From: a virus
Taxonomy: Duplodnaviria; Caudoviricetes
Reading direction: 5' to 3' (one strand)
DNA length: 46,528 nt
IMG/VR virus record: IMGVR_UViG_3300038379_000041
Coordinates: 1-46,528 of that record
Position numbers and translations under genes: made by a program. This document shows, piece after piece, positions 1-10,342 of the stretch; the first letter of the stretch is position 1; every line of letters begins with the position of its first letter. Under the pieces are notes generated by a model. The model saw only the letters and a list, made by a program, of their open reading frames with translations, searched no databases and had not been told where the DNA came from.

Positions 1-3000
1 CTTACGAACAGGTTGGAGAATTTCCATCAGAATTCGCGGCGCAGTCCAGGGCCAGCTTTCTTGGAATCAAGGCGACCGAGGCCCGTATCGTCGATCGGGG
101 AGTGCAGGTTGTACAAGCGTGGGATTTGCGATTCGGCGAGTCGGAGCTATTTGTAGTAGGGGGGTTTGAGTCCCAAGCCGAGGCGGTGGCGGCGCGGGAC
201 GCGCTGAACAAACACGAATTCTGGATCTCTGAGCAGCAAAGCAACAATAAGACCGTGTATCGCCTATATATGTCAGACTGGACGGGGGCGAAAGCGTTCT
301 CAACGCGCGAGGAGGCCGAGCAGGCAGCGACGGCGTGGCGACAGCAGTCGATCCGACAGTCGATCCGCATAACGCCGGCGCTGGCGGATCACGTTCAGGG
401 CGGGCAAACCCTGTTTCAGTCCTACACGGGGCCGATGGTCGTGCAGCACAACATCACCCCGGAGAAGCTCCGCAAGGCCGCGCGGATGGGTGGTTTGGCC
501 GCGCCCTCACTGGCGATCGCGCGGGCGGATGATCCGCTCGTGAACTTCGGCGCGATCACCTTGCTCGGCTCGCCGGCGATGGTCAGGCCGAGCCGCGATA
601 CGAAGGTATTTGCCGCGGACGCCTACACGCCGCGGTATCCAACCGTCCACTACAAGATCAGCCGGGAGGCCCAACAGCAGCTCAGTGTTCAACTCGAGCC
701 GTTCAACGAGTTGATGGAAGTGAAGTATTTCGATCTCGACTCGCTCGTTAAAGAGGGGCCGAACTATCTCAGAACAGAGCCGCGCGTCATGGCCGCATTT
801 CTCGAGGGCCGCGCGCAGCTCGATCGCCAGGCCGTCAACACGGAGAAGGGCAAAGCGGCCCAGGATCACACACGCCACTTCTACGCCGAACGGGAGCTTC
901 AGCGGGTCATCAGGGAGAAGCGTCTCGATTCGGAATACGAGGCATTCGTCGAGGAGATGTTTGGTCGGCTCGGCGCGACAGAGCAGATTTTCAGAGGCTT
1001 CACTCACCAAGGCAATCGCAGCTACACACCGCACACACTCGAGCACGCGGTCAAAGAGATCAAGAAGGAACTGCGAGGCCGAGAGACGGCCGGCAACATC
1101 TTCGGCGTCGGGCAACTCCGAGCCGCCTTCACGCCACAGTTTCGCACGCTAGAGGGCATCAAGAGGGAGCGGGGTCGGCTCGCCACCGGCGCCGAGTTCG
1201 AGGCCGTCAAGCAAGAGGCCGAGGCCGAGCTATTCGCAGTGGGCGACGCGCTGGCGCCTTACTACTCGCATGAGCGTGGCTTTCGCTATATCGATACCGT
1301 GATCGCGCTCATTGAGGATTCCGCGCGGATCGGTTTCGAGCAAGCCGCGCGCGACTACGACTTTCGAGGCGTGCCGCAGGATGTGCGTGCACAGCTCGCA
1401 GAGTTCGTCACACACCTAAGGAACCTGCCGACGGAGTATTTCGAGGCCAAGCTCATTCGCGGCGTGCCGCTCAATGAGTTCAAGGGCGCCGTGGTACCCA
1501 AAGGCACGCCGGCCGATGTGCGGCGTCTACTGACTGAGGCCGGCGTGCCGATCACGACCTACGATCCAGCCGTTGCTGGTGATCGTGAGCGCGTCATCCG
1601 CGAGACGGCCGAGACGACGGGAGGGTTGTTCCAGGACAAGCAGCAGACCGGCAAGCGTGGGGCGATCACGTTTACCACCACGGGGAGCGGCGAACAGCAG
1701 ACGTTGATCCGTTTGTTCGAAAACGCAGATCTCAGCACGTTCCTGCATGAGTCGGCGCATCTCTACCTGAAGCTGCTTGAGGATCTCGCGGAGGCCGGCG
1801 ACGCCGAGAGCCAGCGGGATCTGGCTGCGCTCAGGCAGGCGTGGGGGTGGGGCGACACCATTGGCGTCGCGGAGCACGAGCAGTTCGCCGAGGCGTACGA
1901 GGCGTATCTGCTTGAGGGCCGTGCGCCGAGCGTGGAACTGCGATCGGCGTTCGCGCAGTTCCGGGCATGGCTGATCAGCATCTATCAGGCGCTGACCACG
2001 CTCAACGTGCGCCTGAGCGACGACGTGCGAAACGTCTTCAATCGCCTGCTCGCCACAGACGCGCAGCTCGCCCAAGCCCAGCAGGTAGGGCCGCGGCCAC
2101 TGTTCGCCACACCTGAGCAGGCTGGCATGACGCCGACCGCGTTCGACGCCTACGCGCGATCAACGGCCGCGGCTGGCGAAGCGGCTCGCCGGGCGCTTGA
2201 GCAGCGACTCCTCGATGACGTAGCCCGCGAACAACGGCGGATCTATCGAGAGGCTCAGGCGCGCATCCGCAAGGAAGTCACCGACGAAGCCAATGCTATG
2301 CCGGTCTATCAGGCGTGGTCAGTGATGTCGCGCGGCAGGTATCCCGATGGCGAGACGGCCGGCAGCGGCGCGCCGATGCGCCTGAATCGTCGCGCGGCTG
2401 TGGAGCAGTACGGGATCGAGCGCGTGCGAGCCTTGCCGAAGGGCGTCGTCTCGGACACCGGCGAGCAGTCGGCCGACGAAATGGCGGATATGTTCGGCTT
2501 TGGTTCCGGTGACGCGCTTCTCACGGCGCTGAGCACGGCTGAAACTAAACAGGCATACATCCGTCGCGAAACACAGGCGCGCACGCTTGAGCAGGCTGGG
2601 AGCCCATTGCTCGACGGCACCGCCTACGACAACGCGCGGGAGGCACTCGCCACGCGGGAACACGCATCCGTGGTCGAGGCCGAACTGCGGCACCTGGCGC
2701 GCATCAAGCGGCAGGCGGGGCCGCTCGTGCGCGAGGCCCGAGCCCAGGGCGATGCCCGGATTGCGGCGCTCAGGGTGGCATCACGCGCCGGCGCCGCTCG
2801 CACACGCGCGGCCGTGCCGTCACGCGAGGCGCTCCGGCAGGTCGCTGCGGCGCAGATCGCCAGGACGCGCATCCGGGCGCTGAAACCGCATCACTACCTC
2901 TCGGCGGCGACACAGGCATCGCAGCAGGCGTATGAAGCCGTAGGCCGGCAGGAATGGGACGCAGCGATCGCGGCCAAGCAGCAAGAGTTGCTCAACCTGG

Positions 3001-5441
3001 CGCTGTTCAACGAGGCGCGGCGCGTACTCGAGGACGTCGAACGGCGCGTTCGGGCGGCGCAAGCCTTGAATCAACCGGCGTCGCGCCGGCGGCTCGGCCT
3101 CGCGGGGCAGTCATATCTCGATCAGGTGGATGGCATTCTGGATCGCTACAGTTTTGCGCGCGTCAGCGATGCGGCGCTCGAACGTCGCGAGGCGCTGGCT
3201 GACTGGATCGGGCAGCAGGAGGCCGAGGGGCAATTTGTCGATCTGCCGCCCGTGCTGTTGGCCGAGCAGCGTCGGACGCCGTACCGCGATCTGTCGGTCG
3301 AGGAACTGATCGGCGTCACGGATGGCCTACAACAGATCGCTCGGCTCGCCCGACTCAAGAACCGCCTGCTGACCGCAGCGAAGTCGCGCGAGCTGGCCCA
3401 GGTCGTGAGCGACCTGGCGAAATCGATCCGGGAGCACTTCAAAGGTCGCCGGCGTGACACCTCGATCGAGACGCGGCTGCCGGAGAATAACGCGCGCCGC
3501 GCACTGAGCGGGTTCTTTGCCAGTCATCGGAAGATGGCGAGCCTGGCACGCGAGATGGACGGCTTTCAGGAGGGCGGGCCAATGTGGGACGCCGTGATCC
3601 GGCGCCTGAACGTCGCCGGCGATCGCGAAGCCGAAATGAACGCCATCGCCATCACGGCGCTCGACGGCCTGATCAAGCAGACATTCCCAGGTCGTGCCGC
3701 CGCGGATCTCTACACGCGGAGCACGGTCGCGGGTCGCCCGCTGACGAAGATGGCCCGAATCATGGTGGCGCTTAATTGGGGCAACGAGGGTAACCGGCAG
3801 CGGATCCGAGACGGCTACGACTGGACAGATGCCCAGGTGCAGCAGGTGCTCGACTCGCTCGACTCCCGCGATTGGACGTTCGTCAATGGCGTGTTCGCGT
3901 TGATTAACAGCTACTGGTCTGATATCGAGGCAAAGCAGCGGCGAGTCACGGGCTTGGCGCCGGAGAAGGTCGAGGCCGCGCCCATCACGGCCGCACACGG
4001 CTCGTCTCCGGGCGGCTACTTCCCACTGAAGTACGACGATCGCCAGTCGGCGCGCGCCGCGGGATACGTCGAACTTGAGACGAGCAAGCTGCAAGGGCTC
4101 GCCGCATACACGCACGCCACGACGAAACGCGGACACACCAAGGCCCGTCAGGCGCGAGTAAAGGAACCCGTGCGGCTAGACTTCGGCGTGATCACCGAAC
4201 ATCTGCAACAGGTCATCCACGACCTGAGCCATCACGAAGCCCTGATCGACGTCGGCAAGGTGCTCGGCGCGCGCGAGGTGCAGAACGCGATCTATGAGAC
4301 GTATGGCGATATCGTCTACCGGCAATTCAAGGACGGTGTAAAGGATGTCGCCTTCGGTACCATGCCGGCGACGAATTGGTGGGAAGCGTCGCTGAACCAT
4401 GTCCGCGCCGGCGCGACGATCGCGGGGCTCGGCTGGAATCTTACAACATCATTCCTGCAACCGCTTGGACTCACACAGTCGATTGTGCGGATCGGGCCGT
4501 GGGCCGTGGGCCGTGGGCTGTATCGGTGGCTGCGATCGCCGAGGGCGTTCATCGAGACGCCGACGTGGATCAACGAGCAATCGACATTCATGCGAACACG
4601 GAGCCGTACACAGCAGCGAGAGATTAACGAGATCCGCAACCAAGTCGGCCTGAACACCGGCCGCGTGCAGGGGTGGGTTGACGAGGTGCTTCGCACGACC
4701 ACGCTGGATCGGGTGAACTACGTGGACGTGGCGGATTCGTATTTTTGGCTCATCCAGCAGATGCAACGAGTCGCCGACGTGCCGACGTGGCTCGGCGCCT
4801 ACGAGGCGGCCATGACGCGCGGCGAGGACGAGTCGCGCGCGGTGGCGCTGGCAGATCAAGCCGTCATCGACGCGCAGGGCTCAGGGCAGATCAAGGATCT
4901 CGCGGCCGTGCAACGCGGCGGGCCGGCGCTTCGTGTGTGGACGACGTTCTATAGTTTCTTCTCGACGACGTACAACCAAGCGGCCGAGACGCGGCGCAGC
5001 GGGAAGTCGGTCGGCCGCAAGGCCGCGGACTATCTGATGCTCTGGACGGTGCCGGCCACGCTCGGGTATCTGATGCGTGAGGCGCTTCGGCCTGGGGACG
5101 ACGATGAGCAAGATCTCGTCGTCCGCTTGCTCCGCGAAAACCTCGCGTACATGAGCGGTATGCTGCTCGGGTTCCGCGAATTGACCGGCGCGATCCAAGG
5201 GTACAGCGGCTACGAAGGGCCGGCGGGCGCTCGAGGCTTCGCGAACGCCGGCCGACTGGTGAAGCAAGTGCAACAAGGTGAGGCCGACGCGGCATTCTGG
5301 CGCGCGCTGAACGACACGGCTGGCGTGCTACTTCACTACCCGGCCGGCCAAGTGCGCCGGACGATCGAGGGTGCTGCGGCGCTGATCGAGGGAAAGACGG
5401 CGAACCCTTTGGCGCTCGTCACCGGCGCGCCCCAGGAGTAA
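1..5441 (+). CDS. Giant internal virion / DNA-ejection polyvalent protein, C-terminal part (5'-truncated), with a zincin-like metallopeptidase motif
   Basis: Frame is open from position 3 ([14 protein letters not shown]...), so the 102 start is an artefact; [12 protein letters not shown] (HExxH, 1746-1760) followed by [19 protein letters not shown]; long helical C-terminal region typical of podovirus gp16-like proteins. Confidence 0.85.
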   Translation, partial: YEQVGEFPSEFAAQSRASFLGIKATEARIVDRGVQVVQAWDLRFGESELFVVGGFESQAEAVAARDALNKHEFWISEQQSNNKTVYRLYMSDWTGAKAFSTREEAEQAATAWRQQSIRQSIRITPALADHVQGGQTLFQSYTGPMVVQHNITPEKLRKAARMGGLAAPSLAIARADDPLVNFGAITLLGSPAMVRPSRDTKVFAADAYTPRYPTVHYKISREAQQQLSVQLEPFNELMEVKYFDLDSLVKEGPNYLRTEPRVMAAFLEGRAQLDRQAVNTEKGKAAQDHTRHFYAERELQRVIREKRLDSEYEAFVEEMFGRLGATEQIFRGFTHQGNRSYTPHTLEHAVKEIKKELRGRETAGNIFGVGQLRAAFTPQFRTLEGIKRERGRLATGAEFEAVKQEAEAELFAVGDALAPYYSHERGFRYIDTVIALIEDSARIGFEQAARDYDFRGVPQDVRAQLAEFVTHLRNLPTEYFEAKLIRGVPLNEFKGAVVPKGTPADVRRLLTEAGVPITTYDPAVAGDRERVIRETAETTGGLFQDKQQTGKRGAITFTTTGSGEQQTLIRLFENADLSTFLHESAHLYLKLLEDLAEAGDAESQRDLAALRQAWGWGDTIGVAEHEQFAEAYEAYLLEGRAPSVELRSAFAQFRAWLISIYQALTTLNVRLSDDVRNVFNRLLATDAQLAQAQQVGPRPLFATPEQAGMTPTAFDAYARSTAAAGEAARRALEQRLLDDVAREQRRIYREAQARIRKEVTDEANAMPVYQAWSVMSRGRYPDGETAGSGAPMRLNRRAAVEQYGIERVRALPKGVVSDTGEQSADEMADMFGFGSGDALLTALSTAETKQAYIRRETQARTLEQAGSPLLDGTAYDNAREALATREHASVVEAELRHLARIKRQAGPLVREARAQGDARIAALRVASRAGAARTRAAVPSREALRQVAAAQIARTRIRALKPHHYLSAATQASQQAYEAVGRQEWDAAIAAKQQELLNLALFNEARRVLEDVERRVRAAQALNQPASRRRLGLAGQSYLDQVDGILDRYSFARVSDAALERREALADWIGQQEAEGQFVDLPPVLLAEQRRTPYRDLSVEELIGVTDGLQQIARLARLKNRLLTAAKSRELAQVVSDLAKSIREHFKGRRRDTSIETRLPENNARRALSGFFASHRKMASLAREMDGFQEGGPMWDAVIRRLNVAGDREAEMNAIAITALDGLIKQTFPGRAAADLYTRSTVAGRPLTKMARIMVALNWGNEGNRQRIRDGYDWTDAQVQQVLDSLDSRDWTFVNGVFALINSYWSDIEAKQRRVTGLAPEKVEAAPITAAHGSSPGGYFPLKYDDRQSARAAGYVELETSKLQGLAAYTHATTKRGHTKARQARVKEPVRLDFGVITEHLQQVIHDLSHHEALIDVGKVLGAREVQNAIYETYGDIVYRQFKDGVKDVAFGTMPATNWWEASLNHVRAGATIAGLGWNLTTSFLQPLGLTQSIVRIGPWAVGRGLYRWLRSPRAFIETPTWINEQSTFMRTRSRTQQREINEIRNQVGLNTGRVQGWVDEVLRTTTLDRVNYVDVADSYFWLIQQMQRVADVPTWLGAYEAAMTRGEDESRAVALADQAVIDAQGSGQIKDLAAVQRGGPALRVWTTFYSFFSTTYNQAAETRRSGKSVGRKAADYLMLWTVPATLGYLMREALRPGDDDEQDLVVRLLRENLAYMSGMLLGFRELTGAIQGYSGYEGPAGARGFANAGRLVKQVQQGEADAAFWRALNDTAGVLLHYPAGQVRRTIEGAAALIEGKTANPLALVTGAPQE

Positions 5442-5449
5442 AGACACAG

Positions 5450-6343
5450 GTGGCACGAGACAAGCGACGCGACGTCACGGCTCGCCAACCATTCCGCCGA
5501 CAGGATGGTAGCGGTGTCGTCGATCGTGTCGGCGGAGGCGGCGCAGGTATTCCGGGCGAGCCAGGTATTCCCGGCGAGGACGGCGAGCCCGGCCCGCCAG
5601 GGCCGGCAGGCCCGGCCGGCGCGGCTGGCGCGACCGGGGCGGCGGGGCCACAAGGCCCGCCGGGGGTCGATGGGAGCGACGGCGAGGACGGCGAGCCAGG
5701 TTTACCGGGGCCGGTCGGCCCGGCCGGCGCCACTGGCGCCACTGGCGCCACTGGCCCGCAAGGCCCGCCAGGCGTGCAGGGCGACGACGGGGCTGACGGC
5801 GAGCCCGGCCCGCCAGGGCCAACTGGCGCGACCGGCCCGCAAGGCGCCACAGGGCCACAGGGCGAGCCCGGCCCGCCATCATTCTTCTGGGAGCCGGATC
5901 TGCCCGAGGAGCCGATCCTGATCCCAGGCCCGCAGGGGCCGGCTGGTGTTGGCGGGGGTGGCGGCACGACGGGAACGGCAACGCTGGACTTCGGCAGCTT
6001 CCCCGGCAAGTCTGACGCCAGCGTCGCCGTCGCTGCGCCGAGCATTGGCGCCGGCGACCGCCCACAGGCGTGGGTCTTCCCGCTTGCCACAGCCGATCAT
6101 TCCGCGGATGAACACATGCTTGAGACCATCAAGGTGTTCGCGCATTCGGTCGTGGCGGGAGTTGGGTTTACAATATCCGGCGTGAACACATCGGAACTGT
6201 TCGAGCCCCTGGAGCCGCTGAACGGTGCGAACAATCGCACGCTCGCCGGGCAACTGGTCAACAAGCCGATCATCGGGCAACCGACGCGCGGCGGCAAGGG
6301 CACGCGAGTGTACGGATCATGGTCAATCGCGTGGAGGTTCTAA
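5450..6343 (+). CDS. Collagen-like (Gly-X-Y) fibre/whisker protein
   Basis: 37 uninterrupted G-X-Y triplets followed by a beta-rich C-terminal domain; lies directly after the virion genes. Confidence 0.85.
   Translation: MARDKRRDVTARQPFRRQDGSGVVDRVGGGGAGIPGEPGIPGEDGEPGPPGPAGPAGAAGATGAAGPQGPPGVDGSDGEDGEPGLPGPVGPAGATGATGATGPQGPPGVQGDDGADGEPGPPGPTGATGPQGATGPQGEPGPPSFFWEPDLPEEPILIPGPQGPAGVGGGGGTTGTATLDFGSFPGKSDASVAVAAPSIGAGDRPQAWVFPLATADHSADEHMLETIKVFAHSVVAGVGFTISGVNTSELFEPLEPLNGANNRTLAGQLVNKPIIGQPTRGGKGTRVYGSWSIAWRF
5546..5878 (+). repeat. Collagen Gly-X-Y repeat, 37 triplets with a 12-triplet super-period
   Basis: GIP-GEP...GEP-GPP read directly; G(E/A)D-GEP recurs at triplets 4, 16 and 28. 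Confidence 0.9.
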
Positions 6344-6344
6344 A

Positions 6345-6596
6345 ATGGGAGCAAACCAAGACGCACAGCGGCGCGAAGTGGAGCGACGTATTCAGTCACG
6401 GGCCAGCTTCGATGCGTACCCGGACGGGCCACTGCTTGATCGCTTTGATCCGCTGACGCTCGCGGAGGCGCTAGAGCGCGAAGCGACGAGGGCGCTGATC
6501 GCGTTTCACGCTCCCAAGGTGGATCTCCGCATGGACGCGCAGGACGCGCTTGATCTCGCCGCCTGGCTACGACAGGCGCCGGGGCGGAAAGCCTGA
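6345..6596 (+). CDS. Hypothetical protein (83 aa)
   Basis: ATG at 6345 immediately after the collagen stop, with GGAGG upstream; fills the operon gap. Confidence 0.6.
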   Translation: MGANQDAQRREVERRIQSRASFDAYPDGPLLDRFDPLTLAEALEREATRALIAFHAPKVDLRMDAQDALDLAAWLRQAPGRKA

Positions 6597-6602
6597 GGAG
6601 CG

Positions 6603-7277
6603 ATGGCGGTTCAGATCCAGGGGAACGGCGGCACGCTGGCCGAGGTAGACGGCACGACATTCCGCGCGCTGCGAGTGTGTATCAGGCCGGCGGACTACGG
6701 CAGCTTGGGGTCGTATGCGATCTCGGCGGTGACGGGCACGCTGGCCGCGGCGATCGCCGCTAACTCTGAGCTGGCTCAATTTCGCTGGACGGATGCGACG
6801 CGGCTGGCCGCGGTGCGGCGCGTGCGCGTGTCGGCGGGCATGAACGTCGCGGCGACGGCCGCGGCCCTGCTCTCGCTTGAAGCGGTGATCGCGCGAGCGT
6901 TCACTGCCGCCGGGAGTGGCGGCACGGCGCTCACCATCACGGGCAATGCCGGCAAGCTCCGCACGTCGATGGGCACCACGCTGCTCGGCGAGTTGCGCGT
7001 CGCGACGACAGCGGCGCTCGGCGCCGGCACAAAAACACTGGACGCCAATGGCATCGGCATTCTCGCCTACGGGATCCTGACCGGGGCGATCACGGTCACA
7101 CCGCAGGGCACCATCGTGCCGCTCAGCGATCTCTACGATTGCGACAACGCGGACGGCCACCCGGTCGTGCTGGCGCAGAACGAGGGCGTCGTCGTCAAGA
7201 CGGGCATCATCAACCCGGCCGCAATGACGTGGAATCTCGGCGTGACGTTCCGATGGTCGGAACTGGCCGCTTACTAG
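6603..7277 (+). CDS. Putative virion structural protein (beta-rich)
   Basis: GAGGAG RBS; Ala/Gly/Thr/Val-rich beta composition; late-gene context. Confidence 0.6.
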   Translation: MAVQIQGNGGTLAEVDGTTFRALRVCIRPADYGSLGSYAISAVTGTLAAAIAANSELAQFRWTDATRLAAVRRVRVSAGMNVAATAAALLSLEAVIARAFTAAGSGGTALTITGNAGKLRTSMGTTLLGELRVATTAALGAGTKTLDANGIGILAYGILTGAITVTPQGTIVPLSDLYDCDNADGHPVVLAQNEGVVVKTGIINPAAMTWNLGVTFRWSELAAY

Positions 7278-7286
7278 GAGACACTC

Positions 7287-7664
7287 ATGCCAGCGAACAA
7301 GGTCGTCACCTTCGGGCCGATCGCGCTCTCGACCGCCTACAACACGGATCTCATCGCGCCGGCGGCGGCGGGTGCGGGTGCGGTCGGCTATACCCCCACC
7401 GCAGACGTGGTCTTCATCAAGAAGATCCGCATCCTCAACGAGACGGCAACACCGCGCACCGCGCGGCTCTTTAAGGGCGCCACAGGCGCCAACGTCGCCG
7501 GCACGCGATTGATACCCGAAGACACCAATGTGCCGGCGAACAGCTACGTTGATTTCTATTTCCAGAATCTCCGGCTCGAGGGCGCCAACGGGTTCATCGT
7601 CGGCGGCGCATCGGCCGCGGCGGCGCTGACGCTGATCGCAGACGGCGAAGTCGGCAAGGCGTAG
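7287..7664 (+). CDS. Putative small virion structural protein (jelly-roll-like)
   Basis: AGGAG RBS; beta-strand pattern (VVFIKKIRILN, LTLIADGE); late context. Confidence 0.6.
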   Translation: MPANKVVTFGPIALSTAYNTDLIAPAAAGAGAVGYTPTADVVFIKKIRILNETATPRTARLFKGATGANVAGTRLIPEDTNVPANSYVDFYFQNLRLEGANGFIVGGASAAAALTLIADGEVGKA

Positions 7665-7686
7665 AGAACACAGACCGGATCCCCCT

Positions 7687-8031
7687 ATGGCACCCTTACC
7701 CTCAGACGACGCGCTGGCGGGCGCGCCGGAGTCTGATACCAGTTATCTACTCAGGCGCGTCATGAAGTTGGCCGACGAGAGCAAGGCCCAGGCAATCGAG
7801 TACGTCAAGCACGCCAGTCGCATCGAGCAGCTCGAGAAGATCGTCGCCGATCTGCAAGCCGAAATGGCGACACGCGAGCAGCTCGAAGCGTCGATGGCGC
7901 TAGTCGCCGTCAAGATGGACAATCTACACGCTGACCTGACCATCATCAAGAATGCCATCTATGCGGTGGTCGGCCTGCTCGTCTCGACGACGATCTTGGC
8001 CGTGCTGGCGCTGGTGTTCCGGCAAGGCTGA
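7687..8031 (+). CDS. Coiled-coil protein with C-terminal transmembrane helix (lysis-associated, holin/antiholin-like)
   Basis: Heptad region followed by AIYAVVGLLVSTTILAVLALVF; abuts the endolysin gene. Confidence 0.6.
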   Translation: MAPLPSDDALAGAPESDTSYLLRRVMKLADESKAQAIEYVKHASRIEQLEKIVADLQAEMATREQLEASMALVAVKMDNLHADLTIIKNAIYAVVGLLVSTTILAVLALVFRQG

Positions 8032-8420
8032 TGGTGCCTCACGTCCGGTTGAAGCCCGGCGCGGAGGTGCGAGTCTTGGCGCCGGCGGGGGTGCGGATTC
8101 TGGCGGCGATCGATCGCGCGGCGCAGCACCTTGAGACGGTAGCCATCGTCACGAGCGGCAGCGAGGAGCGTGGCCGCAAACCCACGGATCCCCACATGAC
8201 CGGCGAGGCGTTCGACGTGAGCGTCGCCGAGTGGGATGAGGCGATGGTGCGAGCCGTCTATCGATCCCTACGGAGCACGCTCGGCGCCGGGTTCACGGTG
8301 CTGCTCGAGGCGCCGGCGCTGGTGGACGTCGGTGGACTCAGGGATCTGGTGTACCGGAGCGCCAACGCGACCGGCGTGCATTTTCACATTCAGCGAAAGA
8401 AGGGAACACGATGGCCGTGA
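8031..8420 (+). CDS. Endolysin, peptidase M15-like Zn peptidase
   Basis: VTSG...DPHMTGEAFDV...HFHIQ matches the H-x6-D...HxH Zn-ligand pattern of M15 (T5 endolysin-type) peptidases. Confidence 0.75.
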   Translation: MVPHVRLKPGAEVRVLAPAGVRILAAIDRAAQHLETVAIVTSGSEERGRKPTDPHMTGEAFDVSVAEWDEAMVRAVYRSLRSTLGAGFTVLLEAPALVDVGGLRDLVYRSANATGVHFHIQRKKGTRWP

Positions 8421-9196
8421 GACCGATCGGGACAGTGGTGCGTGAGCGGGCGGTGACGGCGCTGGCGGCTGCGGCGCTGACCGCCGGTTCAATGGCGGGG
8501 TACTCATATGTGTCGGCGCCGGCGCCCCGCGTCGCATCGGCCCAAGCGACGTTCTCGAGCCTTGTGTCGTTCTACTCGGTCGAGATGACGCGCACAGGCT
8601 TCCGGCCGGATCAGACGAGCACGCGCGACTCGCGGGTGTTGTTCCTGCAAGGCGTCGTGCAGCGGTTCTGCTCGCCCCATGTCGCCATGAAGCGCGCCGA
8701 TCCGACACGACCGATCAGCGACGAGGTAGTCGTCATCGTCGCGCCAGGGCCGGAGTATCGATCATTCGGCGACTTCCTCGGCAACGGCGGCACGGCGGAC
8801 TGGCGGCTCAATGATCACATCGAGGGCATACTGCCGACGTCGCAACCGCTCGTGAACCCCATGATGGACTTGCAGGGCTCGGCGATGACACTGGGTCAAC
8901 TCACCGAGCCGCTGGTCAGCGGCGTCGTGCCAACGGTGCCAGGGTGCTCGCCGCCCACGGTGCCAGAGCCGCCACCGAGCAGCGGCGGGGCGCCGCCCTA
9001 TCCGGGCGATGAGGTATTTGACACGGTTGGCGAGGCGCTGTTCGCGGACTACGCACGCGCCGGCCAGCCGCCGAATCCGCAGATGGGGCGATGGTTCGGG
9101 CGGACGATGTACGATTGGCTGGCGGGCGTGACGCCAACGCTCGAGACGTCAATCGAGAAACATCAACGCGAGTGGCGCGAGGCGCTCGGACAATGA
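8411..9196 (+). CDS. Membrane-anchored/exported protein of unknown function in the lysis cassette
   Basis: N-terminal hydrophobic stretch AVTALAAAALTAGSMAGY; Pro-rich linker then a small C-terminal domain. Confidence 0.6.
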   Translation: MAVRPIGTVVRERAVTALAAAALTAGSMAGYSYVSAPAPRVASAQATFSSLVSFYSVEMTRTGFRPDQTSTRDSRVLFLQGVVQRFCSPHVAMKRADPTRPISDEVVVIVAPGPEYRSFGDFLGNGGTADWRLNDHIEGILPTSQPLVNPMMDLQGSAMTLGQLTEPLVSGVVPTVPGCSPPTVPEPPPSSGGAPPYPGDEVFDTVGEALFADYARAGQPPNPQMGRWFGRTMYDWLAGVTPTLETSIEKHQREWREALGQ

Positions 9197-9375
9197 GACG
9201 CGATCACATCACCACGTTGATCAACGCGGCCGTCGTCGGCGTGTTTTGGCTGATCGCGCGAGTTGGCGGTAAAAAGGAGAACAGACATGGATCCGAATCT
9301 ACTTCGTCCGATCGTATCGTCCCTGATCCGGTACGCGCTGGTCACACTCGGAGTGACCGAAGCAGCCGGCGGTGA
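9193..9375 (+). CDS. Possible small membrane peptide
   Basis: ATGA overlap with the upstream stop; LINAAVVGVFWLIA hydrophobic; overlaps the next gene by 89 nt. Confidence 0.3.
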   Translation: MRRDHITTLINAAVVGVFWLIARVGGKKENRHGSESTSSDRIVPDPVRAGHTRSDRSSRR

Positions 9376-9472
9376 CGGCGTCGAGCAGCTCGCCGGCGCC
9401 CTGTTGACGATGGGGTTGGTCGGGTACTCGATCGTAAAAGGCGTCCGGCAGGCCAAGACGGAGCGGGAGTGA
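9287..9472 (+). CDS. Putative holin (two hydrophobic helices, basic C-tail)
   Basis: AAGGAG RBS; IVSSLIRYALVTLG and LAGALLTMGLVGYSIV segments; lysis context. Confidence 0.65.
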   Translation: MDPNLLRPIVSSLIRYALVTLGVTEAAGGDGVEQLAGALLTMGLVGYSIVKGVRQAKTERE

Positions 9473-9639
9473 TGGGGTTCTGGTCAAAACTCCGCAAGGG
9501 CATCGGCATCGCCAAGATCGCCGCCGCCTTTATTCCAGCGACGGGCAAGGCCGGCAAAGTGAAGACGGTCATTACAAAGACGGCTGACGCGGCCGACCAG
9601 GTCGAGGCCGTCGTCAAACCAATTGTTGACAAGAATTAG
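9472..9639 (+). CDS. 55-aa cationic amphipathic peptide (not in ORF track)
   Basis: TGATG coupling to the holin stop; MGFWSKLRKGIGIAKIAAAFIPATGKAGKVKTVITKTADAADQVEAVVKPIVDKN. Confidence 0.7.
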   Translation: MGFWSKLRKGIGIAKIAAAFIPATGKAGKVKTVITKTADAADQVEAVVKPIVDKN

Positions 9640-9655
9640 TCCCTCCTGCTAGCCT
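9621..9655 (+). promoter_or_regulatory. Sigma70-type early promoter with overlapping palindromic operator
   Basis: TTGACA 9626-9631, 18-bp spacer, TGc-TAGCCT 9647-9655; AATTGTTGACAAGAATT at 9621-9637. Confidence 0.75.
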
Positions 9656-9674
9656 CTCAGCAAGAGGCGAGGCT

Positions 9675-10031
9675 ATGGATGAGCTGATCGAGCTGGCGCC
9701 GGTGGAGAGCAGTAATCTCGCCGGCATCGGGTATTCCGTCGCCCGCCAAGTGCTCGCCGTGGAGTTCAAGCCGCGCCAGGGCCACGGCCGCGGGCCGGTG
9801 TTCCATTACGCCGGCGTCGATGTCGGCGTCTACGATGAACTACTCGGCGCCGCGAGTAAAGGCCGGTTTTACACCCAGCGGATCAAGGGCAAGTTCACCG
9901 CGTCGCGCGTGACGGGGCCGTGTGCGGCCTGTGGCGCCGAGGGGCCGGTCGGGACGACGTGCGAGCAGTGTGGTGACGCCACGCATCGGGCGATCGAGAC
10001 GCGGTACGGCAAGGAAGGGGATCAAGGATGA
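9675..10031 (+). CDS. KTSC-domain protein with C-terminal Zn ribbon
   Basis: VESSNLAGIGY...LAVEF...YAGV...YDELLGAASKGRFY..RIKG is the KTSC pattern; CAAC...CEQC tail. Confidence 0.85.
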   Translation: MDELIELAPVESSNLAGIGYSVARQVLAVEFKPRQGHGRGPVFHYAGVDVGVYDELLGAASKGRFYTQRIKGKFTASRVTGPCAACGAEGPVGTTCEQCGDATHRAIETRYGKEGDQG

Positions 10032-10252
10032 CGCTACGCGGGCGGGTCTCACTATTCCGACACAAGACAACGCGAGTCCAAGGCATGATCACAAAGATCG
10101 GTGCGCAGAAGATGAAGATGGCAAAGGCGCGCATCGGCGAACTGACCGGACGGGCACAGCGGAGCATCAGCGAGGGCGACGTGATTGAGTTCCTGTCCCG
10201 CGGCGAGGCCGAAGCCATTGAGTACTGGCGCGAGCGAGGGCTGCTGGAATAA
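10028..10252 (+). CDS. Small basic protein, possible ribbon-helix-helix regulator
   Basis: ATGA coupling; strand (RVQGMIT)-helix-SISEGDVIEFLSR pattern resembles RHH; inference only. Confidence 0.5.
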   Translation: MTLRGRVSLFRHKTTRVQGMITKIGAQKMKMAKARIGELTGRAQRSISEGDVIEFLSRGEAEAIEYWRERGLLE

Positions 10253-10289
10253 AACGCGCCGGCCGCAGGGGTGAGACTGCGACCGGCGC
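10250..10289 (-). terminator. Rho-independent terminator on the minus strand
   Basis: 13-bp stem 10256-10268/10277-10289 whose single C.A mismatch becomes a G.U pair on the minus strand, followed by GUUUUAUU. Confidence 0.65.
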
Positions 10290-10308
10290 TCAGGGGTGGA
10301 ACGGACGA
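10250..10308 (-). ncRNA. Candidate ~55-60 nt antisense small RNA ending in an intrinsic terminator
   Basis: Minus-strand promoter at 10315-10342 upstream and a terminator hairpin plus U-tract downstream; boundaries approximate. Confidence 0.5.
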
Positions 10309-10314
10309 GTCACT

Positions 10315-10342
10315 AGTATAGCAGGGGGATCGGATATGTCGA
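10315..10342 (-). promoter_or_regulatory. Antisense extended -10 promoter
   Basis: Minus strand TCGACA (10342-10337), 16 bp, TATACT (10320-10315) preceded by TGc. Confidence 0.55.
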
